Origin: Ramazzottius varieornatus
Taxonomy: Eukaryota > Animalia > Tardigrada
Direction: 5' to 3'
Length of the DNA stretch: 64,000 nt
NCBI GenBank assembly: GCA_001949185.1
Contig: BDGG01000001.1
Location: 5,927,591-5,991,590 of the forward strand
Position 1 is the first letter of the stretch, and every line of letters begins with the position of its first letter. Both the position numbers and the translations under genes were made by a program. Positions 50,330-62,378 of the stretch are shown one piece after another. A model generated the notes under the pieces. It was not told the DNA's origin, did no database searches, and saw nothing but the letters and a program-made list of their open reading frames with translations.

Positions 50330-50600
50330 AAATGCGACCCTTGGACTTTGTTGTGCCAGTGAAGGGACGTCAGTTACCAAGAATTTCATTGCCGCCGCCC
50401 CCTCTCCTCGTTGTTCCAGTGGAAGATCAAGGACCTTTGGAATATGAAGTGGACGGAATAATCGCAGACAGGACGGAAAACGGAGTAAAGCAGTACCTTG
50501 TCAAGTGGAAGAATTACGGTCCGGAAGAAAACAGCTGGCAAATTGCGGAAGATTTGCAAAACTCAGTTGAAACTGTCGACCGATATCTGAGGAATATTAG
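50330..50600 (+). mobile_element. Chromodomain tail resembling a Ty3/Gypsy chromovirus integrase C-terminus
   Basis: PPPPLLV...EYEVDGIIADR...YLVKWKNYGPEENSW...L.NS is a Pro-rich linker plus chromodomain. A purine-rich tract (possible PPT) lies at 50798-50836. Confidence 0.65.
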
Positions 50601-53490
50601 GAAGGCGAAACTGCCGATAATCGGCTTTGCGACATGTTTACGTATGCGCATTCTCCTGCGTCCAATCCGCCACCCACTTCTTTTACCGCGCCCGTGCTGT
50701 CTCCTTCTTCAAATAAAAGAACTACGCGGAGCTGAGCCTGTCTGATCAGAAATCGATCCAGAACTCGGTCAAGTATGCTATGGTGAAAGCGTACCCAGAG
50801 GTAGGAAAAAGAAAGACGGGAAGGAGAGGGGGAAGACGCGACAGATGCCCTGTCTACAACGGTTTGAGATTCACCTGAGACAGTTTTAAATATCTGGTAA
50901 AGTTTTTCTCTTCAATTTATCAATTATTATTTTCCTATTACCATTAATGTTTTATGGATCATACCCGTACCCCTCGTTTCGCCTCTAAATACCCCATCAA
51001 TAGATCACGATCTGTGGTGCGTCATTTTCAGAGGTCTCTATTCTGAAACCGCAGCTAGAACGACTTTCGCGAAGACGCTCAATCATTCTCGTGTACAGAC
51101 TCCGGAGGCGCTGCGCAGTCGATCTTCTGACTTGGACATTCTTCGTTCCATGAAGAACCGAACCAACAAGGTTTCCGATGAACTTCTACCTGTCCGGTGA
51201 AAACTTCCGCCACAGCACAAAAGACTGCTCGGCGGCAAACGGCACCGTTCTCTTTGACCAATACCTGACAGGTGTAACTAGCTCGTAGGGAGCAGTTGAA
51301 TTGGAATTGTGAGTACGGCCAGCCTTCGTAACTGACTGATCTGTATGTTTCATTGGCCAGTTTAGTAGCCAGAGCTTTTTCTATACTTTGTGCATAGAAC
51401 CAAGTGTCTATTGAAGAAACAAGTAACGCACAGAGGATTGACCATGCCTGAGTTGTTTCAGAGTCTACGGCCCGATTCCGAGTATCCTAGTTCGAGGCAA
51501 CCCGTTCACACTGACGTTTTCGACGTTTCTGGGACACATATTGCTGCTTTTAAACGCGGATGACCTTTGAGTCATCTCCACCGAGCAATAACAACGGTTG
51601 CAGAGCTCCCATTGCCCAACCAGTCGAATGCGCGGTTCCGTAATGTTATTAAATTACCGCTAACAAGTAATACTGTAATTCGACGTGACTGTTGAATGCG
51701 GCGACCATGTTCAAGCCGTAACGGTATCGGAGAAACTGAAATCTGCACCATAGTGGGTATAAGGTACTCTGGCTAAAGTGGTATGTCGCTCATCACCTCT
51801 TGATCACGATGAGGGGTGTAACCTTCGGCGTGCACATCTGACATCGAATGTTCTCTAGCTGTTGAACGAGATCCGAACAGAGTAACGGGTGGTAAAGCTC
51901 TGTCTCTAAGACGTGGACGCAGACACAGACCCGCTAGTTTGCAAACCGATGTCAAACGTCTCGCGTTGCGAATGTTATATATTTATACAGTAAAGAGGAT
52001 TTTGGAGCAGCTGTACTTGTAATATTACTCACCGCATTGAGTTGCATCATCCTGCCTAGCAATCCGTTATCTGCAATCGATTCGCACAGGTCGGACATAT
52101 CCATTTCGTGGGCAGTAATGAGCGTTGATGCACTCGTTACTGGTAGAGGGAAATTTTAGCTAACTATGGTAAAGGTTTCGCTTACCGGATTACCTGACTA
52201 ACCTGGGTCATGAATGATCGAGTTCGTCTATTTGCGACCACTTCGAGAAGCTCGAATAGTTCTTGCTTCTTATTGGAAATGATCTACCCATTTCGGACAG
52301 AAGTAAATACCGTAGTAACCCACAGTACTCCTCGAATATGACTGGTATGAAAACCAAATCTGTGACTTCCTGCTATGAAAAGTTGCCTACAAAGAGTGCT
52401 GCTCGACCATCCGGTGAAACATGCTAATTGACCTTCTGGACAGTACCCGCTGGACCAAAGTATTTGACCTAAAGCGGTGTCTCGAGGCATCTTGCCGTTG
52501 CCATCCGGAAGCCGAAATTGCAGTGTTCAGCTTGTTGAAGACAGCCGGTTTACCTTCTTAGTACATTTAGACAACTACCCTAAATCTCTATTCATCGCTT
52601 AAAATCTCGGTCGGCCTTAAAAACCCACTTCCGCATGCACGAAGCACTCGTCTGGATTTTCGTTGGTTCTTCTTCTCACGAAATCGAGACGCTAAGCATC
52701 AAGGAATCTGGTCGAGAGCTCGGAAGAAGGTATTCGTAGGTGTTCGAAACTAGTCGACGTTGGCCCTGACTCTTGAAGAACGGAACAGAAGAAAGCGGAG
52801 CGAACGAATGATATGATTTTCGATAAATTATTCCAAAGGCAAGCATAGGTTTTCCGTTTTCGTACAGTAATCAACCATAACACTCCTTCTGGAGCTCATA
52901 TCGGTAAAGGAAACTAGGGAATGTAGTCACGCACTCAGGTTGACTGCGAGTCTGCGACGTAAGTTACGAAAGTTAGTTATGAGAACGAACACGGAAACGG
53001 AAGCGGCATTTTTTACCTTTATTTTATTTTTTCTTTTGTTTTACAGGTATATTTTCATTTTTTTATTCATTTTTCAGTTTTTTCAATTTTTTTTGGTAGT
53101 TTTCTTCGCCATCAGCAGGCGCACAGTATCATTTCCAAATGAAAAACCTAAGTCATCTAGGGTACAAATCTGATCCACCAACTAAATAACGAAGAAGTCA
53201 GAAGAAAGAGTCTACATTGCAGACAGACGAGCCGTTTCAACTAAGAATTTTCCGTATCCGCACTAAACCACCAAAACATTTCATCCAAGAACTCACCAAA
53301 GAATACAATTTTTTTTAACAATTTTCAAACTCAAAACGAGCAGATAAAGCAGCGTAAAATACCCGCACCATTTGTATTCTCTCTGAAGATGTCTGAACTG
53401 TACAGAAAGAAGTTCTTCAGAAGAAAAAACTCGGAACGGAGGGAAAGGACTTCGACCAACACATGCGCCACCTCATCCGAGGACGCTTCT

Positions 53491-56400
53491 TCAACCAACC
53501 GGCACGGTCACATTTCCCCCACAGAACCTCTTTGTAGGTGTCTCTTCCAGGATACCATCCGTCAAGGAGTCATCCGATAGACTGGCTGAACCTTGTGAGG
53601 ACTTGGTTGGGGAACTATGCGTAGAGTTGCTGGTACCGTAGCCCGAAAGACTGGATGTCAAACCGATCAGCGCCAGCTTCTCGTTGCTTATGACTTCTTC
53701 CCTTTCCGAACTCTTTCTCTTCACCCCTCTTCTTTCAATTTCATCGTTTTCCTCTTCCTTCTTCACGATCACTTCTTCGAACTTGACTTCACTGTCCACT
53801 GTTTCCTCAACCTTGAACGAAGCTAAACCAAGCGGAGCTGTATCCTCCAGCTTGACTAAAGGCGAAGTGGTATCCGAATTTTCTAGCCTTGCGGAAGCGA
53901 CTTCCAGTAGATTCGCTTCTTCTTCCATCTTGACCAGCGCCAGCGAGGATTCACTCAAACTCATCCCCAGCGTTACAGAACTGAGCACAGGCGATGCAGG
54001 AGCTGATGTGGGTTCCTTGTTCTGTAGCGGAGACGCGGACGGTGGAGAACGGCGTTTCGGTGCGGGCATCGAAGGCGAGTTCGGGTCTGAGCTGATGACG
54101 CTGGAGACCGTTCTCTTTCGGATCTGCTTGACGGGAATACCGATAGATGGAGAGGGAGCTGAAGTCTCGCTGTTGCTGTCACGTCGAGCGATGCCAGTTC
54201 GGGGTCTGCCGTTGACTGGAGCGCCGGTGGAGTCTCGCTTAGCCCCGCCGTTTTGGCGTGAGGCGTTAGCAGCTGCCTTTCTCTCTCGGAAAATTTTGGC
54301 ATCGGAGAGGGTCTTCAGTTCGGGATCGTCGCGGATGACATTAGCGGGAATGTAACTGGCTAGCTCGCTCTGCTGGCAGTACTTGATTGCGATGTCCATG
54401 TCCGTCTTGTCCGTTTTGATCCCTATGAAAACAAGAGAAAAATATAAATAAGAAATCACTCTTTTTCCCCTTTTTGACAGAAATCAGAAGAAAAATGTTA
54501 AGCTTCAGAAAAATACCCCTCAATATTTCATTATTAATTTTACGAATTATTTCTCAAATTCAAAATTGAATTTGAAATTCCATTAAATATCCAAGTTTTA
54601 AATTTGCAATTTACAAAATTCAGTTTTTTCAATTCACAGTTCAAATTCCAAAATTCGTTGCGAGTAGATAGCACGGTAGCGACTTCTGTGTTTTTGAATG
54701 AGTAAGAAAAGCCTACTATTTTCACCACTATTTTTTGTAACGAGAGTTCATAAGGAAATCTGGAGCTTGTCAGCCCTCTCAGAAGTTCATTAAAGACGGC
54801 CCTGCATGGTTTACAGTCGACATTGGGTGGGTGAAACCTACCACAATAACTGCCGTACTGTCGGACGGTGTCCATGAACATCCGCACTTCCGTCCCAATG
54901 TTCAGGTTAGGAGTGGCGCCTTTTCCGTGTGCTTTGGCTCCTTCCCACGAGCCTCTCAGCCCAATCAGCCACTGTACCCCAATGTAGCCAGGCATGTAGT
55001 CTTCCTTCATCGGGAAATCCCGCGGGTTGATGTGGACTGTCACCAGGAAGTCACTCTTCTCCAAATCCGCCACCAGCAACCTCAACCTGCAATATGAGAA
55101 ACATTATCAAGATTAACGATTATGCATTCAGTTTCCATTACAGTCAGATCAAATGGCAGCAGTTTGTAGGAAAATTCCGGAGCTCGACGGCACTGTTCCT
55201 CCAAGTGGCGCACGCGATCAGCTAATAGTCCCGAAGGCGTGCGCTACTTTGGACAATAATCTTTCAGGTTTGTCCAAGTGGCGCGCGCTTGCAGCCAGCA
55301 TACTGAAAACGTGCCCCACTTGGGATAACATTGTTGAGTTTTTCTCTGCGGTTTTCTCGGAATACTTGGTCTTAAATTCCTTACCTAGATTCCACACAGC
55401 CTTTCCATAGTTTCAATTCTTCCTTATTGGTGGCATAAGCCATGACTACGATGTAGTGTTTGTAGCCCCAGAAGGGGAAAGGTTTAAAGAGTTCGGTCCA
55501 TACTGGGGCGTTCTTGGCTTCGTCCGGCTTGGTATAGATCTGTGTCATGACAGCAGAGGCGTTACGAAACTCTCCCGACATGATTTTCTGTGTAGAACGT
55601 CCGACGTTGTAGGTTGAGTTCTGGTGAGGAAAGGAAGGAGTGATGATGGGCATGAGGTGATGTCGATCACCGCCGGGGTTACGAGGATCCCAAATTGGCA
55701 TCCCCACGTCGATGTCTGCGGGACCCGTGTCAGGTAGCTTTAGAAAGACAGGTTGTGGCCACTTCCATTTGGCTGAAAAGGCAAAGAAACCCGGTAAGAA
55801 CCACGGAACAGAATATGACTGTGCGAGATGACCCATATGTGAGCATTTCAAGCACCTGCATACAGGAGGCAGACACTGACCACAGGGCCAATTGTACCCA
55901 GGTGTGTGATATACCAATCGAAGCAGCAGTGAACAATCAAGCACATCAATCAACTCAATTTACTACAGCTGCAGCCCATTAAATCAATCAAAGGTACGCT
56001 GAGCCTACCGAAAATGGCAAAGAATCTGGAAAGGATGGTCGGTGGTTCGGCGTTGGGGAATTTCTGACAGACGAATGCCACGAGAATAGCCCAAGAAACA
56101 CCACCGAGAAAGCCCAGGACGTTCGAGTAGATACCACGACGCTTTGCCCATAGCTTGATGGCACGAAGGGTCCACCGAAAGGTGTTGAGCGACTTGGCCA
56201 TGGCCACTGTATCGTGAGGCGGTCCGACCAATGCCAAGATCTCGTCCGTAACTCGACAACCGTTCAGTGAACGGACACATTTGATGTCCATGGACCTGAT
56301 GATGTCGTTATCCATCAGGTCTTGAGCATCGGGAACTTGTTTCAACATCACCCTGGAAGAAGAGAAACTATCAACGGTTGATCAAAACAACTAAGGCTGA

Positions 56401-57007
56401 TCAATCAACTCGCCCCAGGTTGCTGCACACACCACGTGGTACGATAATAAACACTGAAATCCACGTGACCAATTTTGATTTGACATTCCGCTTGATTGAA
56501 CTGACTCAGAAAGACGAGAAAGAAATCTTACCTGGCGAACGTCAGATCGATCTCCACATCCCGAAAATACATCTTGATGACAGGCACGAAGGCATTATCG
56601 ACAGCTCGAAGGTCTGTCACATCCGACTGACGCTTCAGACGTTCCACAAACGAAGTGAAGAAGTCCTTCCGTTCGACGTGTTTCGGTGCAATCAACAGCG
56701 CGTCGATATCGCCTCCTTTGGAATGCACACCAAGACGATACGAACCGAAAGCCTTAACACCTCCGCCAGCCATGTCAGCATCCGAGTCAGGTAGCCCCTT
56801 CTGAAGAGCGATGTCCCGAATCCAATCGCGAGCCAGCTTGTCCAGGTCTCCCATCACTGATATACGATGGGATTCTTCCGCCGCACATTCCATCACCGAC
56901 TGACTAGCCAAGAAGCCTTGTAGCGATTCGCTAAGCTCATGATCTTGCTGTGTTCCCACAGCCCTGCTGATGGGAGACGTGAGTCCAACCCACGATTGGT
57001 AAGCCAT
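53491..57007 (-). CDS. PAPOLA: Canonical poly(A) polymerase (alpha/gamma type), 5 coding exons
   Basis: GLTSPIS, FGSYRLGVH..GDIDAL, AFVPVIK, RSLNGCRVTDEIL, LRAIKLWAKRRGIYSNVLGFLGGVSWAILVA and HLMPIITPSFPHQNSTYNV. Exons are about 57007-56532, 56353-56007, 55771-55385, 55087-54840 and 54422-53491. An alternative in-frame ATG is at 57073. Confidence 0.96.
55204..55320. repeat. Tandem pair of the AGTGGCGCAC-N24/25-GTGCGCCACT unit inside a poly(A) polymerase intron
   Basis: Units at 55204-55248 and 55277-55320, with TTGTCCA/TGGACAA-like outer extensions. Confidence 0.88.
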
Positions 57008-57852
57008 AAGGATATCTGCCAGATGAGAAAGAGCGACGCTGGAAGAATCCTCTTCCGTCGAGCGCAGCTTCATCGAAGTGGTGAATTTACGGTGGACTTT
57101 GGAGCAGTTTCTTCACACCAGTTCGAATGTCAAACACTAAAGCGCAACACTGGTGTGATACACTCCAAATGATCAAGTTTCAAGAAAGAAAACGAACCTT
57201 GAATGGACGAAGAAACCATGATGATCCACGAACAAATCTGTCGTCGACAGCAGGTTACAAAGGTCTTTCACCTCCGGCAGCCTGTCCTGCTTCTACTATC
57301 AACGTCGATGACTGACTCGGACTATCTCCAAACCAACCTGACACAAGGGAAAGGAACAATGGACCTCGTAAACTGTTCCGTTAGAAATGCGAGAGAAACT
57401 CGCCGAGAAAATCTGGAAAATACTAGTTTTCAGACGGTGTGTGACGTTCCTCCGCAAATCCAGCATGGTTTCTGTTTGATGCGGATCATAAAGGTATATC
57501 CTACTCACTGTTCATGCAGTCAACGAGCCAAGTCCTATTCACCTATACCGCGGTAGGCGTTATTCACACTCGTCAGCGAGAACATAGGAAGACACCATGA
57601 CGCAACAGTCAGAGACTGCGTCTGGTCACGCGACTCTGTGTTATAGTTCCGGTGTCACGTGCATCAATATGTAAGAAGGCTCTCGAAAGATTGATTAGCG
57701 AACTTGATTGGGCTCGTCGAAGCGATAAGTTTTATCAGAGTGATTATGACAAAATATTCATACAAGTATTCCAGTAATTCCACCGGACCATCAGAAATAC
57801 ATGGGAGCGAAACAGCAGCAAGCAATAAAGCGGAAATTCCAGTTAGGTCAGT

Positions 57853-59224
57853 TTAGTCAGGCAATATTTCTTCCACAATCTCTACGGTCTCAACCCTGTC
57901 TATCTGAAGCATTGGGTGGACCCAGTTTCGTCGGAACTCTTCTTCCTCCGCGGTTAATGGATCCCTTGGCTTCTCAAGGATCTTCATGTTCTTGCACGTG
58001 CTGAACGGCTTGTAGACATCGCTAATGGACGCCAAACACGTGCAGATGGTCGAGGTGGTGTGTGTCGGACACAACGGAACGGCATGTGGTGGAGGGGGAA
58101 GGTCGAGTTTCCCATCCGCGATCATCCGAGCGATGTACGAAACCGACACCGCGAATCGTTCAATGTCATGTCCGTCCGCGTAGTCATACCTCTCGTTCGA
58201 GCTCAGATCTTTCGGGGGTTCAGAGGTTCCTTTGTCGTAGTACCCATCAATACAAGCATTCAAAGCCTTGTCGAACCTAAAAACACAAATCAATTGAAAT
58301 TTAAGCGGTATGTGTGTGCAAAATTTTGTTGTTCCTCACGATTCGTCCGAAGCATTCCAGCAGCCAAAGTCAAGCTTCTCTTGGCTCTTCAAGGTTTCTC
58401 GACAGATCCTCAGCCATTTCAACTGGTCGTTCGGGTACGGGAACGTCAGTTCCTTGTCCATTAACCGAATACGATGGCGCACCAGTTTTTCTCGCATTGG
58501 ACTAGCCAACGAAAGCTGCGGTAACATCGCTTCGCCGTAATGGGTCGGAAACAGCCCGTAAGAAGCGTCTTTGCCATGTAGCTCCGAGTTGTTCTTACTG
58601 GAGACCAAATTACACTGGACCAAAGCAAACGTCACAGGGCATTCGCACGTCTCAACACCCAGGTCCCGCAGCCAACAATGGTACAGGTAGTCGAAGTTTC
58701 GGCCGTTGGCCAGGATAACACGACGCAACTTCAGACCACCGGCAATGGCTTCTTTCATCTGGATCACATTGCAGAAACGTCGCAGAGGTGATGTCTCAGC
58801 GGTGTCAGTATCATCGACTCGTTTAATTTGGTCGAAGTTGATGATCAATGCTTGGGTGTTCCTCAGCGCAGCTCGGAGAGGCGCTTGTAGCGACACGACC
58901 GACTTGACGAGTTCATCGTCTTCGGAATACGGAAGACGCCTGATCCTTTCAGTGCTGTCGATTAGCAAGGTAGAATGTGAATCATTCACTGAAGATTTCC
59001 ATGCGCGACACACCCTGCAAAAAATCCATATGTCAGAATATGTGACACACAACTATAGATTATTATTTACCGTACACTTACCGTTGGTGAATCAATCTGT
59101 GAATCAGGCCGAGTTGTTCGAAAATGTCACCCGTTAATGTATCGGGTAGATTGCTCCAGTGAGGAGCATTTTCTGCGGAAACTTGTAATTGGTCATTGTA
59201 CAGAAAAGGGTCATATTTATCCAT
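57853..59224 (-). CDS. F-box domain protein with an unrecognised C-terminal region (3 coding exons)
   Basis: The spliced N-terminus MDKYDP...WSNLPDTLTGDIFEQLGLIHRLIHQR|VCRAWK fits an F-box. Exons are about 59224-59082, 59015-58340 and 58277-57853. Confidence 0.7.
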
Positions 59225-60016
59225 GACGATGATGATCGTTCCTCCTGACAGTCTCCTCTGCGATACTCAGGATTTCGGACAGTGTCCTGCAGATAGTAAA
59301 TCAAATTTGAGCAAGGGTACCCGGGACAATTCAAAGGAAGGTCTTCGTCCAGAATACAGTAGATATCACAGAAGCCGACCTGAACGACAGGCCATACAGC
59401 AAATTTCAAGGCGAATCTCTCAGCAAAATACTTTAGTGTGAAGGTTACTCACATGTACAACATGAAAATGGCCAGACAACGCAGAGTCGCAGAGTGCAGA
59501 CGTCCGCTGCGATCGAAGAACAAGCAGGCAGCAGCCAAGCTCGAGCAACTTCGCGGTCCGCCCACAATAATCAATATCCAAGTGACTCAACTGTGATAAG
59601 AAACGCTCTGAGCAACTCTGCGGTAGGATATCAACAAAAAAAACCAGTATCGTTCAGTTCCTCGTGGTCGGCGTCGCGGCGGTGAATGATACCGTAATAA
59701 AGTTTGCGGTGACCGGGGACGAGCCTGATGAAAATTCCGCTTTCAAAAACAAAACATTTGATCAACGAATTTGATTGACCGGAAGTTCAACAGCTTTCGT
59801 GTACTTTTCGCTACAGTCAAAGCTGAAATTGCGTAAGCCTTTATCATAATGCCGCCTCCACCAGAACTGACTCATATTTCTTCCAGTTATTCAGTTACCT
59901 GTTATCCCGAAGAGTATTTCGCGCCGCAAGGTTGAGGACGGTACGATCGGTCCCGTCTGGTGTGTCGAGATAACGCCGAAATTCAACAGTCGACTGAATC
60001 GACTCGACGCCGCACA

Positions 60017-60937
60017 ATGTCCATCTTTGTCCGTACGCGGAACGTCTTATTCGGCCCTCGGTATCTTCTTATGACAAACACTGCTCTTGGTGGAGGATTG
60101 CTGGGATTAGCCGATGTGGCAGAGCAGACACTGGAAATCAAAGTATTTCGATCGACAACGAAATACGACTGGCCGAGAGCAGGTAAATCAAATTAATGAG
60201 AAATCTACAGCTTAGGACTACGGTTGATTGGTTCAGAGCGGATTTTCAGGTGGGCTTGCGCCCTACGTCATCGCGTTCTGCCGTCAGCGCGATTGATTGG
60301 TGAACCGGTTACGGAATTGATTGATGTACCGCGGTACTTGATCATTGCACAGCGCTCTGCGCTGGTCATTTCCATTTAATACGCAGACCAGCATGACGTC
60401 ACTGTGGACCATGAGTTTCTTTCCTCGGTATGGAGAAAATGAGTTCTACACGGGGTCATGTTATTTTCAGGTCGTATGGCTGCGACTGGTCTGCTCGTTG
60501 GGTCACTCGGACATGGATGGTACAAGGTCCTCGATAAAGCTCTTCCTGGAATCGACAGAATAACTGTGATAAAGAAAGTCGTCGCGGACTTGCTGATTGC
60601 TGGTCCGGCCACTGCTTGGGTCTTCTTTTGGGGTACGTGGAGTTTCCCCATCAAATGCTTCTTCGCTTGGTTCTCATGTGTTAGTGTTGTGTGGGTATTT
60701 TGGTTTGCAGGTATTGGTACGTTGGAAAGGAGGCCTCTTAAAGAAATCTGGGATGAATTCAAGCTCAAGTTTCCTTATATCTTCGCACTGGACTGTGTTG
60801 TATGGCCTCCTGCTCAAGCCATAAACTTCTTCTACCTGGCTCCTCAGTACAGGATGGTCTACGTCAACACGATTGTCTTCTTCTGGGACATCTTGATTTC
60901 CTATATCAAACATCAGTGGGATCCGAGCAAGAAATGA
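60017..60937 (+). CDS. MPV17L2: Mpv17-like protein 2 (Mpv17/PMP22 family)
   Basis: YLLMTNT..GGLLGLADVAEQ, HGWYKVLDK, KKVVAD and DCVVWPPAQAINFFYL.PQYRMVYVN..WD..ISYIKH. Introns about 60183-60470 and 60633-60710. Confidence 0.9.
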
Positions 60938-61399
60938 GCATTACTTTTGTTTTAGTTTTTACCATTTGGGTAACCGTATGTCCCTTGCTGACTTCGGATT
61001 CCTCATGGGCTTTCCATTGGAAGTCTTGGCACCGCGTTGTTGTGTCTGATGCGTCGCCACTTCCTGCTCAATACATAATACTGCATGTAACGGCACTCCT
61101 TCTGTATCTATTCTTCGTTTTATTTTTAGTGGTTCGTTTCGTTGGTTCCACGAAGCAACTATCGCAGCTCGTTACAGACCCAGAATTGATGGCCAAACTC
61201 AGTCGCCAAAGTTCATAAAATCTCGTTGATATTAATATGTATTGGTCCCCTTCACCCCCGGCGCGCTGGCCAGACACTAAGGGCGTGACCTTTTACCTTC
61301 GAAAAATTAAAATCATCTGGAAAATTGCATTCCATCTTCGTGAGCTGTATGAGGTCGTATTTGCTGCATTGAAAAAACACTTCGAAACTCAGGACGAGA

Positions 61400-62176
61400 A
61401 TGGAGGATCCTTGGGGTGAATGTGAAAGCGAAGCCAGCGATGTATCCTTCGCTAAGTTCCAGAACAGTGACGTCTTCGGAACGCAGTTCTCTTTTGAGAA
61501 CAACTTCAATTCACGAAGAGATTTCAAAAAGCTTCCGGACTCTGATGAATACGTTTCTGCTCTAGGTAAGTCCTTCGAACATTCCAAATCTTTATGCATG
61601 AGAAAAGACTCACGACTCTGGAGTGTGAATGAATTGGTCCAGAAATGCGCCACTTGATCCGATCATCGTAATGGTGTGGCTAGTTGTACGCGACGGGTTG
61701 ATTGAAGTAACGGTTTTCACTTGATTGATCGTCTCTTTGTAGAGCGGAAGTTGGCTAGAGTGCAAGGAAAGAAACGACCTGCCTCCTCCGCTGCTTCCTC
61801 CGGACCGTCTAGTCGAGATTTCGTCAGGAGCCTAACCGCTCTGCGAAACGACCGTATGCGCGAACTTTTGGGCACCGAAAGTGCGCCATCCGTAGCATCA
61901 GTCTCGAACCCGGAATTCTTACCCAGCACTGAAAATATCGATATCGACCCTGATAACGACCCACTCTACTCCTCCTGGCTAATGCAGCGACTATTCCCTG
62001 ATCGGCAAGCTCTGTCCGAAGAAGAACTGGCATCGCTCCTACGGTTCGATGTCCTGGCTAGGCTGAACGACCAGTTTTGCCCCACCCCGGGTTCGGAAAA
62101 CGTATCGAACCAAGCAGACGAGCAACCAACATATGATACCACTTCGCAAAAGCTTCCACCAGAAGACTCACGGTGA
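61400..62176 (+). CDS. CCDC32: Coiled-coil domain-containing protein 32 homolog
   Basis: MEDPW, LPDSDEYVSAL|ERKLARVQG and WLMQRLFPDRQALSEEELASLL..D.L. Intron 61566-61742. Confidence 0.8.
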
Positions 62177-62378
62177 ATACACGTGGCATATGGAGTGTGT
62201 CTTCCTGATGCATTTCTTACTTCGTGTACTTCGTGCTAGTTCGGGTAACCATGTTACGTGCTGATAGCTTTGGTGTCCATAATTGTTGGAAATATTTTAA
62301 TGTTTTAGTGAGATCAGAGCACTGTGGTCAACGACCATGAAAGACTCAAAGAGTCCACACAAATAAAGATACTGTCAA

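Noticed and set aside
53684-54355. 223-aa Ser-rich plus-strand ORF
   Set aside because: Antisense shadow of the last poly(A) polymerase exon.
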